Of a stretch of 64,000 bases of DNA, positions 1 through 11,379 are shown piece by piece. Below the pieces are notes generated by a model that did no database searches, was not told where the DNA came from, and saw nothing but the letters and a program-made list of their open reading frames with translations. The position numbers and the translations under genes were made by a program. The first letter of the stretch is position 1; every line of letters begins with the position of its first letter. This stretch comes from Sporopachydermia quercuum (taxonomy: Eukaryota), in NCBI GenBank assembly GCA_001599295.1, contig BCGN01000007.1, positions 508,433 through 572,432 of the forward strand, in the 5' to 3' direction.

Positions 1-2120
1 ACCAAGTTTTGGTCTTTGCTCATAGTCTTAGCTAATTGAACAGCTCCATAAACAGCATGTGATGATTCTAAAGCAGGAATAATACCCTCAAATTGAGATA
101 ACCATTTGAAGCCTAATAAAGCATCGGCATCAGTAGCAGCTACAAATTGAGCTCTGCCACTGGCTTTCCAGGCTGCGAGTTCAGGTCCAACACCAGGATA
201 ATCTAAACCAGCAGATACTGAATGAGTGTCTTGAATTTGTCCATCTTTATTCTGTAGAACGTATGTCTTCACGCCATGGAATACACCTTTAACACCAGCT
301 GTCAACGTAGCTGAGTGTCTATCAGTATCGAGACCATCGCCACCAGCTTCAACACCAAGTAACTTGACACTCGAATCTTTCTCAAATGGTGAAAACATAC
401 CTGTGGAGTTACTACCACCACCAACACATGCAACCACAGCATCAGGAAGTTTGCCATCGTTCAAAGCTTTGAATTGTTCCTTTGTCTCATTACCGATAAC
501 TGATTGGAAGGTTCTAACTAGAGTAGGGTAAGGATGAGGTCCAATAGCAGAACCTACAACGTAATGTGTAGTAGCTAGGTTAGAAACCCAGAATCTGAAA
601 GCTTCTGAAGTTGCATCACGTAAAGTTTGAGTACCGGCTGTGATAGGAATAACCTTAGCGCCTAGTAATTTCATTCTAAATACGTTCAAAGCTTGTCTTC
701 TTACGTCTTCAGCTCCCATAAACACTGTACATTCCAAACCAAATTTAGCTGCTGCAGTTGCAGTTGCAACACCATGTTGACCTGCCCCTGTTTCAGCAAT
801 AACCTTGTTTTTACCTAGTCTCTTAGCAATCAATACTTGAGCCATAGCGTTATTGATCTTGTGAGAACCAGTATGGTTTAAATCTTCACGTTTTAACCAG
901 ATCTTAGCCCCACCAGAAAATTCAGTTAATCTCGGAGCTTCATGTAAAGATGAGGGTCTTGACATATATGGATAGTATGATTTTAATTCAGCCCAGAACT
1001 CCGGATCAGCAGTTGCTGATTCAAAAGCTCTTTCGAGTTCTAATAAACACGTATGCATAGCTTCGGGAACGTATTGACCACCAAATTCACCAAATCTGGG
1101 GTTATATTTGGAACTCACATCAGCATCTGGCTTGTTTTCCAGTTCTTCAGTTGCTGCTGCACTGCCAGCACTATTACTGCTATCAATAATCTTTGGTGAC
1201 TCACCACCTTTAAGAATATCTTCAACAAAAGCTTTAGCAGCTTCTTGCCTGCTTCCTTCTGGTGCTTGTTCAATGGTGGTAACAAGCTTAGAGCCAATGA
1301 CTACACCATCAGCAGCAGCAGCAAATTTAAGGAAATGCTCTCTAGTACTAACCCCAAAACCAACAGCAAGAGGAATCTCCTTGGTGAACCTNCTGACATG
1401 TCGAACAAGCTCAGGTACACTGTCACTGACAGTTTGTAAAGCACCAGTAGTAGCCATACGGGATACAACGTAGATGAATGAATCAGCGATTTCTGCAAGT
1501 ACTTTCAATCTATCATCTTCAGTGGATGGAGCCACTAAAGGAATGTATGATATACCAACAGCGGCACATTGACCTCTAAATTTGATAGCTTCCTCAGGTG
1601 GCAAATCAACAATGATAAACCCATTTGCGCCAGCATCAAATGAATCTTGAATCATTTTTTCTTCTCCGTAATTAAGAATAGGATTATAATACCCCATAAG
1701 AACAATAGGTACGGTTACACCAGAAGCACGAGCCTTTCTAACTAATTCCAAACATAGTGGTACATTTACACCGTTTGCCAAAGCAACGTTATTTGAATGC
1801 TGAATAGTGGGTCCGTCAGCAATTGGATCTGAGAATGGAATACCTAATTCAATAACATCAACACCACCGGCTTGTAATCCTTGAAGAATCGGCACTGTCT
1901 CTACAATAGTAGGATGACCAGCGGTAACAAAGGTGACTAAGGCCGTGCGACCTGTAATTGGAAATAAGTTAGGATTNTATGACTAGGGCTAGCATGAAAA
2001 TCATGTGTGCAGCATTGTGATCTTTATTCGAATTACAGAAGATCAACAACTAGTTTAATGGAATGGCAACATACCTTCTTCTTTGCACTTGGCAAATGTT
2101 TGTTTCAATAGAGCAGACAT
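1..2120 (-). CDS. TRP5: Bifunctional tryptophan synthase (alpha-beta fusion), 3' end beyond window; exons 2120-2075 and 1951-<1
   Basis: Spliced translation [29 protein letters not shown]...[18 protein letters not shown] (alpha) then [49 protein letters not shown] (beta). Intron 1952-2074 GTATGT..TCCTAAC..CAG restores frame. Not in the ORF track because there is no stop in the window. Confidence 0.97.
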
Positions 2121-2281
2121 CGTTACTAATATTGCTGAATAAACATGTGTCAATAGTAGTTATTCTGATACTATTTAACTATCAACTATCAATAAGGTAT
2201 TCAATCTAAACAAATAGATTCTTGTATAACCTAACAATTGTTCTTATAAAATAGCTTTGGAAAATGTTGATCGATGAGTAG

Positions 2282-2288
2282 TGAGTCA
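2282..2288. promoter_or_regulatory. Gcn4-type site TGAGTCA upstream of TRP5
   Basis: Perfect TGA(C/G)TCA about 160 nt upstream of the ATG of an amino-acid biosynthesis gene. Confidence 0.7.
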
Positions 2289-2580
2289 CATTTTGTAAAA
2301 TGACCAGAATGGCCCTCTGAAACTTTTCACTGAGTTATGGTGCATCAATATGCGGTTTGATGTATATTTATGCAATGTTTAGATAAGGTTGAGATGGTCA
2401 TGTGAGGGAAAGTGTGGAGAAATAAACTTTAGATGCACTACATGATTATGCAGGAGTATGCATCAAATAGGTGTAAGAATGAATGAAGTGATTGAATATA
2501 GTTATTGGATCACTGATGAAATTGAGATTAGTTCAACTAGTAGATGATACTAATTGGCATAATTGAAGTAACTTGTAGGT

Positions 2581-2613
2581 AGATGTAGATCTTAGATGTA
2601 GATCTTAGATGTA
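2581..2613. repeat. Short tandem repeat AGATGTAGATCTT x2.5
   Basis: Directly visible. Confidence 0.8.
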
Positions 2614-2921
2614 CTATTTGAAAATAGGGGTATTTTTCTGTCGGAAGTTTGGGGATCGAAATGTCACAAGGGTGGAATTAAAGTAAGATCATATATGATT
2701 CATGCCTAATATAGTTTATCGGAAGTCTGCCATGAATTACCTTCCGACCAATAGGTCAAAAGAATGGTTATACTTGTTTCAAACATTTGAGGAGGAAAAC
2801 ATCTTGCAAAACAATTCCAGACTATTTTCAGCCTAATGCGTTATTTTAAAGTACTTATATGCTATCAATCCACTGTATCATGAAAGGGGCTCTTAAGGCA
2901 CACTATTTCTCCACATTTTAT

Positions 2922-3561
2922 GTTGCCACCGATAAATCTCAATTGAATAACTGAATCAAGCGTGAATCAATTAAGTTGCATATACATACATTAATTGTTT
3001 CCTTTTCTGTCACTTTATTTCACATGTTCCCACATCAAATCCTTTTCTATCTGCTTTGTAATGCACGTCTTGCATACACTCTATTGAGTTTCATTCGGGA
3101 TAAGTGGTCAAAATTACCTAGTCGACGATATCATTTGCCACATCACTAAGCCACCATTGTTGTCAATCAATTGATTATCTTTATATAAATCGATTCATAT
3201 CAGCAATCTGGTCTATTCAAATATCAGGTTTATTCAAAATCAGGTTTACTCAAATATCAGGTTTATTCAAATATCAGGTTGCCACCGATAAGTCTCAATT
3301 GAATAACTGAATCAAACGTGAATCAATTAAGTTGCACATACATACATTAATTGTTTCCTTTTCTGTCACTTTATTTCACATGTTCCCACATCAAATCCTT
3401 TTCTATCTGCTTTGTAATGCACGTCTTGCATACACTCACTCTATTGAGTTTCAGTCGGGATAAGTGGTCAAAATTACCTAGTCGATGATACAATTTGCCA
3501 TATTATTAATCCACTATTGTTGTCAATCAATTGATTATCTTCGTATAAATAGATTCATATC
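2922..3561 (+). repeat. About 280-bp direct duplication (2922-3201 and 3278-3561) in the ZTA1 promoter
   Basis: Both copies run GTTGCCACCGATAA...GATTCATATC; roughly 15 substitutions and one 4-nt indel by eye. Confidence 0.95.
3214..3280 (+). repeat. 17-bp tandem repeat TATTCAAATATCAGGTT x4 between the duplicated blocks
   Basis: Units at 3214, 3231 (16 nt), 3247 and 3264. Confidence 0.9.
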
Positions 3562-3714
3562 TCGCTTTTTCGATTTTCAAACGTTGCTGCTTTAATTTTC
3601 AAGGGAAGTTACTTTATAGAATTAAAGCAAAATCATCTATTTCAATTGACTTGCTACTATAGAATTCAGACTACTTATCAATTGATTCGAATTATCTACA
3701 AAATCTGATTTGAA

Positions 3715-4722
3715 ATGTCTATCCCATCTACTCAAAAAGTCATTCTTATCCGTGAAAACGGTGGATTGGATGTTCTGAAGTACGAGGATTATCCTGTTCC
3801 TTCAGTCAAGGAAGACCAGGTNTTAGTCAAAAATAAGTATACTGGTGTTAACTTTATTGAAACTTACTTTCGTATCGGCTTATATCCTAGTGAGAAACCG
3901 TATATTCTTGGTAGGGAAGCAGCAGGAGTCGTAGTTGCAGTTGGTGATAAAGTAACCAAGTTCAAAGTTGGTGATAAGATTGCGTACAGCTTGCCTGGCT
4001 GTTTTGCACAATATACAGCTGTCAGTGTTAATGCTGACAATGCACAGGTATTCAAATTGCCTGATGATGCTACAGATGAACAATTAAAGCTTATGGCTGG
4101 TACTTTGATTCAAGGTTTGACTGCTTATACTTTTATACATGAAGCATATGAGGTAAAGAAGGGCGACTACATTTTGGTGCACGCTGCTGCTGGTGGTTGT
4201 GGATTGATCTTCACTCAATTGATTAAGCTAAAAGGTGCTCATGTTATCGGTACTGTTTCAACTGATGAAAAGGCCAAGCTAGCTAAAGAAGCTGGTGCCG
4301 ATTACATTATCAACTATTCTGAACCAGGTATTGATATTGCTACAGAAGTTAAGAAAATTGTTCCTGACGGAGTAGAAGCCGTTTTCGATGGTGTTGGAAA
4401 GGACACCTTCGAAGCTTCTTTAGCATCACTCAAGCGAAAGGGTACTTTAGTTTCTTTTGGCAATGCTAGTGGACCTGTTCCTCCTTTATCACTACTAAAA
4501 CTCACTCCAAAGAACATCAAAGTTGTTCGACCTACTGTTCTCAATTATCTGGAGACACCTGAAGAACTTAAAAAATACAGCTCTGAGTTATTCAATTTGA
4601 TCTCCAGTGGTAAATTGAAGATCAACATCTCAAAGGTTTATCCATTGAAAGATTATAAGCAAGCTGCTGCTGAGTTGGAAGGAAGAAAGACAACTGGTAA
4701 ATTGATTTTAGAAATTGATTGA
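3715..4722 (+). CDS. ZTA1: NADPH:quinone oxidoreductase, zeta-crystallin (MDR) family
   Basis: 335 aa; GVNFIETYFR, PYILGREAAG, HAAAGGCG, DGVGKDTF, SFGNASG, GRKTTGKL. Confidence 0.93.
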   Translation: MSIPSTQKVILIRENGGLDVLKYEDYPVPSVKEDQXLVKNKYTGVNFIETYFRIGLYPSEKPYILGREAAGVVVAVGDKVTKFKVGDKIAYSLPGCFAQYTAVSVNADNAQVFKLPDDATDEQLKLMAGTLIQGLTAYTFIHEAYEVKKGDYILVHAAAGGCGLIFTQLIKLKGAHVIGTVSTDEKAKLAKEAGADYIINYSEPGIDIATEVKKIVPDGVEAVFDGVGKDTFEASLASLKRKGTLVSFGNASGPVPPLSLLKLTPKNIKVVRPTVLNYLETPEELKKYSSELFNLISSGKLKINISKVYPLKDYKQAAAELEGRKTTGKLILEID

Positions 4723-4944
4723 CTATCTTGCACTTCCCTGTTATAATGGAAGGTGAAGGAAAGTGAGCTAATTCTATTGGCTTGATAGTAGAAAGTTGGA
4801 ATTGATTTATAGTTTAGATCATAATTTGAGTAGTTAATAAGACATGATTATGTGCTGCGGTCATACGGGATTCCAGCACTTCAAATTCCATTTAGAGACC
4901 TCAATTGAAAATGTTTATTCCATAGAAATACACGTAGAAAAACA

Positions 4945-5889
4945 TTATTTATCATAAATAAAAGGATCCGTTATCACTTTCTGAAACCTCTTCGCCTTGG
5001 TTTCACCCCAGCCACTGATAGATTCAGCATTCCTTCCTTCGTCCAGTATTGCGTCCTTCAAACTGCCAAAATTACTCACTAAACTAATGGCATCATTCTT
5101 ATTTATTCCTCTAATCGACGTCAGAGTCTCTATCACACGAGTGGCATAATCATCCTTCTTGACACCTTGAATTGCAGTTGGGGGCACTTTTTCCATGCTT
5201 TTCAGTAATGAGATATAATTAGCAGCTTCATCAAAAGACCACGCCAGTAATATCGTCAAATCATTGACCAGACTGGTCTTTGTAAGTTGTCTAATAGATT
5301 CCTCATGATTCTCGATATCAACCAGTACAAGTAGTATTCGGCATTGGAAATTGAATCTTCCAAGTTTACTTATTCTATTGAAAATATATTCCGGTTTGAT
5401 CCTATGGTACTTCAAACTGAGAAATAGAATGCAAGTGCTGCTGCCAACTATATAATCAGCTCTCATAGGTTCACCAGATATTGTTTTATCATAAAACAGC
5501 CATGGAACATTCCGTAGTTTATTCAGCAAAGGGTTCAATCTTTGAGACTCTGCGACTATCACTGAATTTGCTCCGCTTGGTCTGACTCTTGTATTTTCAA
5601 TTTTACTTAATTGAGAAGCATTAGTTCTGATAATTTTCTGCTCAGGCTTATAAGTGCTTTTGATCGGTGTAGAAAATTCTGTTAAATCAACTACATTATT
5701 TTGAGACTGTTGATCTGGCGCATTCTTGCTTTGACTTGAATTATTTGTTTCACAGTAACTTGTACTAGAAAATGCATTATCATTAATATTACTTCTAAAA
5801 TTTTCTGTTGTTTGAGTAGAGGATTTACTGTTGGAATTCCTTAGGGTGTTGACACCTTGTAGGATCTTCTTGACATCAATACCATCCAT
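4945..5889 (-). CDS. RAD10: ERCC1/Rad10 DNA-repair endonuclease subunit (first ATG 5889)
   Basis: QRLNPLL, ADYIVG, LFLSLKYHR, LLAWSFDEAANYI and two C-terminal HhH motifs (IRGINK, ISGWGETKA). Confidence 0.92.
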   Translation of the reverse strand: MDGIDVKKILQGVNTLRNSNSKSSTQTTENFRSNINDNAFSSTSYCETNNSSQSKNAPDQQSQNNVVDLTEFSTPIKSTYKPEQKIIRTNASQLSKIENTRVRPSGANSVIVAESQRLNPLLNKLRNVPWLFYDKTISGEPMRADYIVGSSTCILFLSLKYHRIKPEYIFNRISKLGRFNFQCRILLVLVDIENHEESIRQLTKTSLVNDLTILLAWSFDEAANYISLLKSMEKVPPTAIQGVKKDDYATRVIETLTSIRGINKNDAISLVSNFGSLKDAILDEGRNAESISGWGETKAKRFQKVITDPFIYDK

Positions 5890-6588
5890 AGAGATAAGAG
5901 TTGATGCGGTAGTTGCTGACAATGGTCAGGGAATAGAGCAGTCACTTTAAAACGAGAAGAATAGCTCTTCAGTATTCGAAAGTCACTAGTGGTATGGTTT
6001 CCTTTATAAATTTACGGTTAAACCTTCGTTACACCATAGTGTCGTATCATATGTAAATTGAATCATTCATCATAATGTTGAGATAGTGTAATTGCTTATC
6101 TAAGAGAGGGCAAAGGCATATAGAAATTTCGGAGACTATGTCTAAACACCTGATATTGATCATGTGACAGGGCACTCAACTCTCCATAGAATCAGAGATT
6201 ATTGTTGGTTTTGGTTCTTTTTACCAACATAGATCCTATTAAGTAGATACATATCCGTGTATTTCAATGTATTTTGATGTAATTCATTGACTAAAATAGC
6301 TTATGATGAATAATGATGAATAATATATATCTATTGTATATTCTTATGACTCAACTTATTCCTCGTCTCACTGTGAAGTTAAAATAAAGGAAATGATAAT
6401 GTTATTGCTCATTATCTTCTCCTAAAACATGAAACATTTTCAAGCTTCCAAGGTAAATGAAAATAACATAAAATGGTTGATGTCAGAAGCATAGATTAAT
6501 CAGCTATTGACAATACTTTAATGGCTACCGTAACATATAGTATAAGAACTAAATTTGATCTAACCGTTCACAGAGTATTTGATCAGAA

Positions 6589-7398
6589 ATGTCTCAAAAA
6601 GGTTTGTTACTGCTTAGAGATCATGTGTTATACAGTATAGAAGAGCAATGAGCCGTGTGTTGTTGAGGATTAGGATGAATGACTACTAACCAAAGGTAAA
6701 ACTTTAGTTGATTTAACATCACTACCTCCCCAGCAGCTAAATGAGATCAAGCAACAGTTCCAACAGGAATTGGAACATTTGAGTGCATCTCTAGATGCCT
6801 TAATTCAAGCCCAACAGAAGTTTTCGGATTGCGTGAATGACATAAAGAAGATATCCAAGACAGAGAATGAAAGTACGTACGGTTTTCTATAACTATGTGC
6901 TCTGTTGATGAAAGAAATGGACTATTTATGTACATATAGATTGAAAACTAACGGCTCATAAGAAACTGAGATACTGGTGCCTTTAACAAGTTCATTATAT
7001 GTTCCTGGTGTGGTGAAAGATAATAGCATATTTCTTGTTGATGTAGGTACTGGATACTATGTGGAGAAAGTATGTTATGCTAAATTCGTATCTGACAGAT
7101 AGTCATTTTTCTCCTGTATCAATCATACTAACAATTTTGATGTTTAGAGTGCGGATAAGTCGATACAGTTCTACCAAAAGAAGATTGATAAGCTAAAGAA
7201 GGATTTGGTGGAGCTTCAAAAGCTGATTCAAACAAAATCTGTAAATATTCAATCTGTTGATCAAGGTACGTGTCAGCTTTTTTGTTACCGTTTTTGTTTA
7301 TTCCTTTGTGACTCTTTTACTAACATTTGTCATGTAAAGTATTACAAGAAAAGATCCTAGAGTACACGAAACAGAATTCTGCTCCTCAAAAGGCCTGA
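6589..7398 (+). CDS. GIM5: Prefoldin subunit 5; 5 exons (6589-6601, 6708-6872, 6963-7069, 7148-7265, 7340-7398), 153 aa
   Basis: Spliced [29 protein letters not shown]...[14 protein letters not shown]...[14 protein letters not shown]...FYQKKIDKL. All four introns have GT, (T/A)ACTAAC and AG and keep frame. Absent from the ORF track. Confidence 0.95.
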
Positions 7399-7720
7399 AG
7401 ATAACTGAGCTAGTCTGTCGATAATAAATGCTAGTTATTCAATGAACTTCAGGTGTGGATATATGCGGTAGATTACATAGATTTCTTATACTTCTCATCT
7501 TTACAATCGAATACAATCGAATACACTTATATGCTATTCGACTTCTGCTTCTCCATTTTCCCTGTTTCCATAATCGCAGTTTTTCCCTCCATTAATATTT
7601 ACCATCTACAGTTCACCTGCGCAAGAGTCTTCCACGATCAATTGAGTTGTCACCAATTAAACAAGTATCACATGCTAATATCTTCTTTGTTTTTGTTTTG
7701 ATTGATGATTTGAGTTACTG

Positions 7721-7784
7721 TTTTGTGTAAAATAATAGTAAACAAAATTATCAAGTTTGTGTGTTGTTTCCTATTTTTTGTGTC
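7721..7784 (-). promoter_or_regulatory. Middle sporulation element (Ndt80 MSE)-like cluster
   Basis: TTTTGTG at 7721, TTTGTG at 7756 and TTTTGTGTC (=GACACAAAA) at 7776, upstream of a PES4/MIP6-like gene. Confidence 0.55.
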
Positions 7785-7979
7785 AAACATCACTCATCTC
7801 TTCAACCGCCCAGTCCATAAAGGCAATTCCCCACTGTTTCTTCTTCTTATAACATCCATCGCTCTTTGGATAACAAATTATCAAAGAGTGAATCCTACAC
7901 ATAATGAAGATCTATTATAGCATATTCAACTGGAAACCCAAAGCGTTAATAATCAGATTATTCGAACGTAATATCTACT

Positions 7980-10474
7980 ATGATCAACAGCACAATGTTT
8001 GTAATACCAAATGATAACTTTGAGCTATCTGAAGCGTTGACTAACACGTTGGGAAATTTGATAGCGGTGATAGTTACAAGGCCGAAGGGAAATTTTATTG
8101 GTATTTGGTGATTCTTTTCAACTGGCTATATAGAATGCTGAAAAGGATATCTCACTGTCTAGTGGTTCAAAACCCGTTGGAAAATGGAGAAGAAACTACT
8201 GTTGGTGAGACTGAGTCAATTGCAGCTACAACAGCCGAGGACCATAAGGAGAAAAATGTAATAGATCAGACAATTTTCACGCCTGAAAGAAATATATGTC
8301 TGTTCTCAAAGATCACAGAGCCAACAGTTGAGGAATTCCGCCCAGATATAGATTTCAGGGTTGATAACAGTTTATCATGTAAGGCTAAAAAGTCTCGATT
8401 GTTAGTTGGCTCGCTGAAACATTTGGTTGAATCAAATGGTCATGGAGGTAACGAAGAGAATGCCGTTGTTGATACCAAAAACGTTGATGATAGTGACAGG
8501 CCTGGTACATTTTTTGGTCTTNCAGCGACCAACATACCCAATAACGTTGAATTACAAAGAAATAGCTCGCCAGTTGGACATGACTCGACTCAAATGTCTG
8601 GAAGCCTTATGAGTGAAGAAGATGGTAACAGTGATCCCTCTTTTCATATTGAGAGTAGAAAGGTTAGTGAGTCTACTCAATTGTCAAGTTATCCTGAAGT
8701 TATTTCGAATGATGAGTCATCTCATTTGATGAAGAAAAGTCCATTCATATTTGATAGAGAGAATGTAGGAAGTGCCAGCCAGGCACAGATGGTAAGCCAT
8801 GATCCGGGTACNAAGCACATCCACTCATTTGATAGTGTTAAACAAAAACTATCCCTTTATGTTGGTGATTTGAGTCCAGGTCTTACAGAGTTTGAATTAC
8901 AAGAGTTCTTTACAAAGTTTGGCCCTATTATTTCAGTAAAAATATGTAAGGATATGGTGACGAAGAAGTCGCTGATGTATGGTTATGTTAATTTTGCTAA
9001 AAGAGAAGATGGACTGAAAGCTCTCGAAGAAGCTAACTACTCAGAAATTAAAGGGAAAATATGCCGAATAATGATAGATATGAAAGAATCTAATGACTTA
9101 ATCGATTATAAAGCAAATGTGAAGGTCATTAATTTACCGGCTTCTTACTCTCATCGTCAGCTTCACAATCTATTTGCTCCATTTGGTAAGATACTTTCTT
9201 GTAAGGTTGTTTACGATCAGAACGGAGCTTCGAAGGGAGTTGGATTTGTTCAATTTTATCAAAGACAAGAGTCTGCCAGAGCGATTGAACAAACTAATGG
9301 AATGAAAGTTGAAGGATGTGTGATTACTGTAGAAAGACAGTTACAAAAGAAGGAAAATGATGAGATTAGAGAACGGACTATTCACATTAAAAATATGTCT
9401 CTCAGTTTGACTGAAAACGATGTGGAGGATGTTTTTGGGTTAGTTGGGACTGTGGAATCAGTTTACTTCAAGAAAATTGATAAACTTGGTTCTTCCTGGG
9501 CCTTAGTCACTTATGAATCTTGTGATTCTGCAATGAGAGCAGTTCAAATGTTTGATAATAAACCTTTGAAAGGATCTTTGATGAGAGTAAATATTCAAAA
9601 GAAACCTGAGAGGATGACCAAAATAGATATTATGTTTATTGCCAATCTTCCTTCTTCAAGTCCTGAAAATGATGTTAGGATTACAAATTTCCTTCATAGA
9701 ACATTGGCTAGTTTCGATGGTCTGAAGATTCAACGTGCTCCTTATAATCAGCTTTGGATGATTACATTTGATCATAAGTATGTCGATCAACATCTTCTGA
9801 GAAGAGAAATCGGAAACTTGAGCTACAACTCAGTGAAACTTGAAGTTGTTAAACTGAGGACAACTGAGTCATCTAATAGCCTGCAAACTGAAAAGCTACC
9901 TTCGTTCAATCTAACCACTAATTCAAATGGCGCTTTAAGACCTGATAATGTCCCTCGGAATATCAATATCAGACAACCTACACACGTCAAAGGAGGATAT
10001 GGTTTTAATCAAGAAGGAGGTTATTGTGCAGTGATGCCATACTCTACAAACGATGGAAATCATCATGTACCGGTTGGAACAAGAAGAGATTTCTCTTCAG
10101 GACTGAAATCAAATATACCCAGTTATATTGAGTTACCTCTATATACTTCTGGACAGCTATATGGGAGCGCTAATGCTAATTATTTAAGTGGGAACAAATA
10201 TCCTCCCGGAATACCTATCCCCTTAGTTGGATATTCAAACACTTCAGAGGATTGTACATCAAAGTCGAGGCCGAATGCTTTATCGTCAACCAAGGCATCT
10301 AGAACAAGCAATGTCCCTACAAATTCTGAGGAAATTTTGCAAGATGGGAGAAAAAGACAAACATATTTCTCACCTCTTGTTTCNTCAAATGGAATACCAA
10401 ATAATGATAATATCAGATATACCTCCAATGTTGATGCAAGTGTTGGAAAACTAAGAACAAAGAGTACTAACTAA
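7980..10474 (+). CDS. PES4: Multi-RRM RNA-binding protein, Pes4/Mip6 (Pab1-related) family; start uncertain (putative exon 7980-7996 plus 8065-10474, or ATG 8135)
   Basis: RRM1 LYVGDLS...KKSLMYGYVNF, RRM2 SKGVGFVQF, a third RRM; no Pab1 C-terminal domain. Lies near YSC84/LSB3 as MIP6 and PES4 do in S. cerevisiae. Confidence 0.8.
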
Positions 10475-11379
10475 CTAACCTTTGTGAATTGTATGAAGTA
10501 AAAAAGAAGAAATTTGAAACTGAAACTAGTAGCCTGTAACTCTACCTCAACTACAACAAACTAGTTATACCACTTTTAAAAGTAGGTTCTAAGATTCAAG
10601 ATCACAATTTCAATATTAACTATTGACTCGGTGTGACCACAATATCGTCAAGTAAGAGAATAGCTTAACGACAAAGAAAAAGACNATTTTCTTAATAAAG
10701 AGACATAATGTTGAATTTGATATCTTCTCCTATCGAATTACCTTTTGGAAGAGTTGTTATATTTTTTTCTTCTCTGATATCTATTCATTCGCGGGCTGTA
10801 TTGAAAGGTGTTCTATTTTCTACTTAACAAAATTTCTTATCAAATAACTTAACACTTAACTATTTGCTAAACAAAATATGAATCAAACAAAGTTATAATA
10901 AATGATATCTAATCTATATGATAGCTCGGAGATTTAAAACCTATAATTGAATCCAAACTCCTGAAAGAAAATACCCTTAATCTTTTTGAGCTATTATGAG
11001 TATCAAGCGTACTATCTCTACTACCAACTTCTCCTTTGTCATTTGAGAAAAAGGTTTTCGCTATCTGCATAGTGTCCAATAACAAAGAAAGTTGTAAAAT
11101 TGTTTTTAGTCACATCAAATCACAGTTCGGTGGGCTTGAACCAGTCTCATGAAAACTGAATATCAATGTACAGTAAATATCACTAACTATTATAGTCCTA
11201 CTACCAACTTAGCCGCTATCACCTAATATGAGCTAAAAAATTACGAACGTCAATCGAGTAACAGTTCTCCCATTTATCTCAGCGCTCATCCATCATAAAG
11301 TAAAACCGAGGAACAAAATGATCGTATAATCATGCTAATCCCTTTTGAAAAATTGATGGTCGTTACACCTATTAGTATT

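Noticed and set aside
1108..1498. Short ORFs overlapping TRP5, and similar shadow ORFs over other genes
   Set aside because: Antisense or off-frame shadows with no recognisable motifs.
3214..3280. CRISPR-like array
   Set aside because: Contiguous tandem units without spacers, in eukaryotic DNA.
2921..3562. Duplication as an LTR pair or miniature retroelement
   Set aside because: Only copy 1 has TG..CA ends; no target-site duplication, primer-binding site or polypurine tract.
11132..11142. B-box-like GGTTCAAGCCC on the minus strand
   Set aside because: No T-stem pairing or cloverleaf; not a tRNA.
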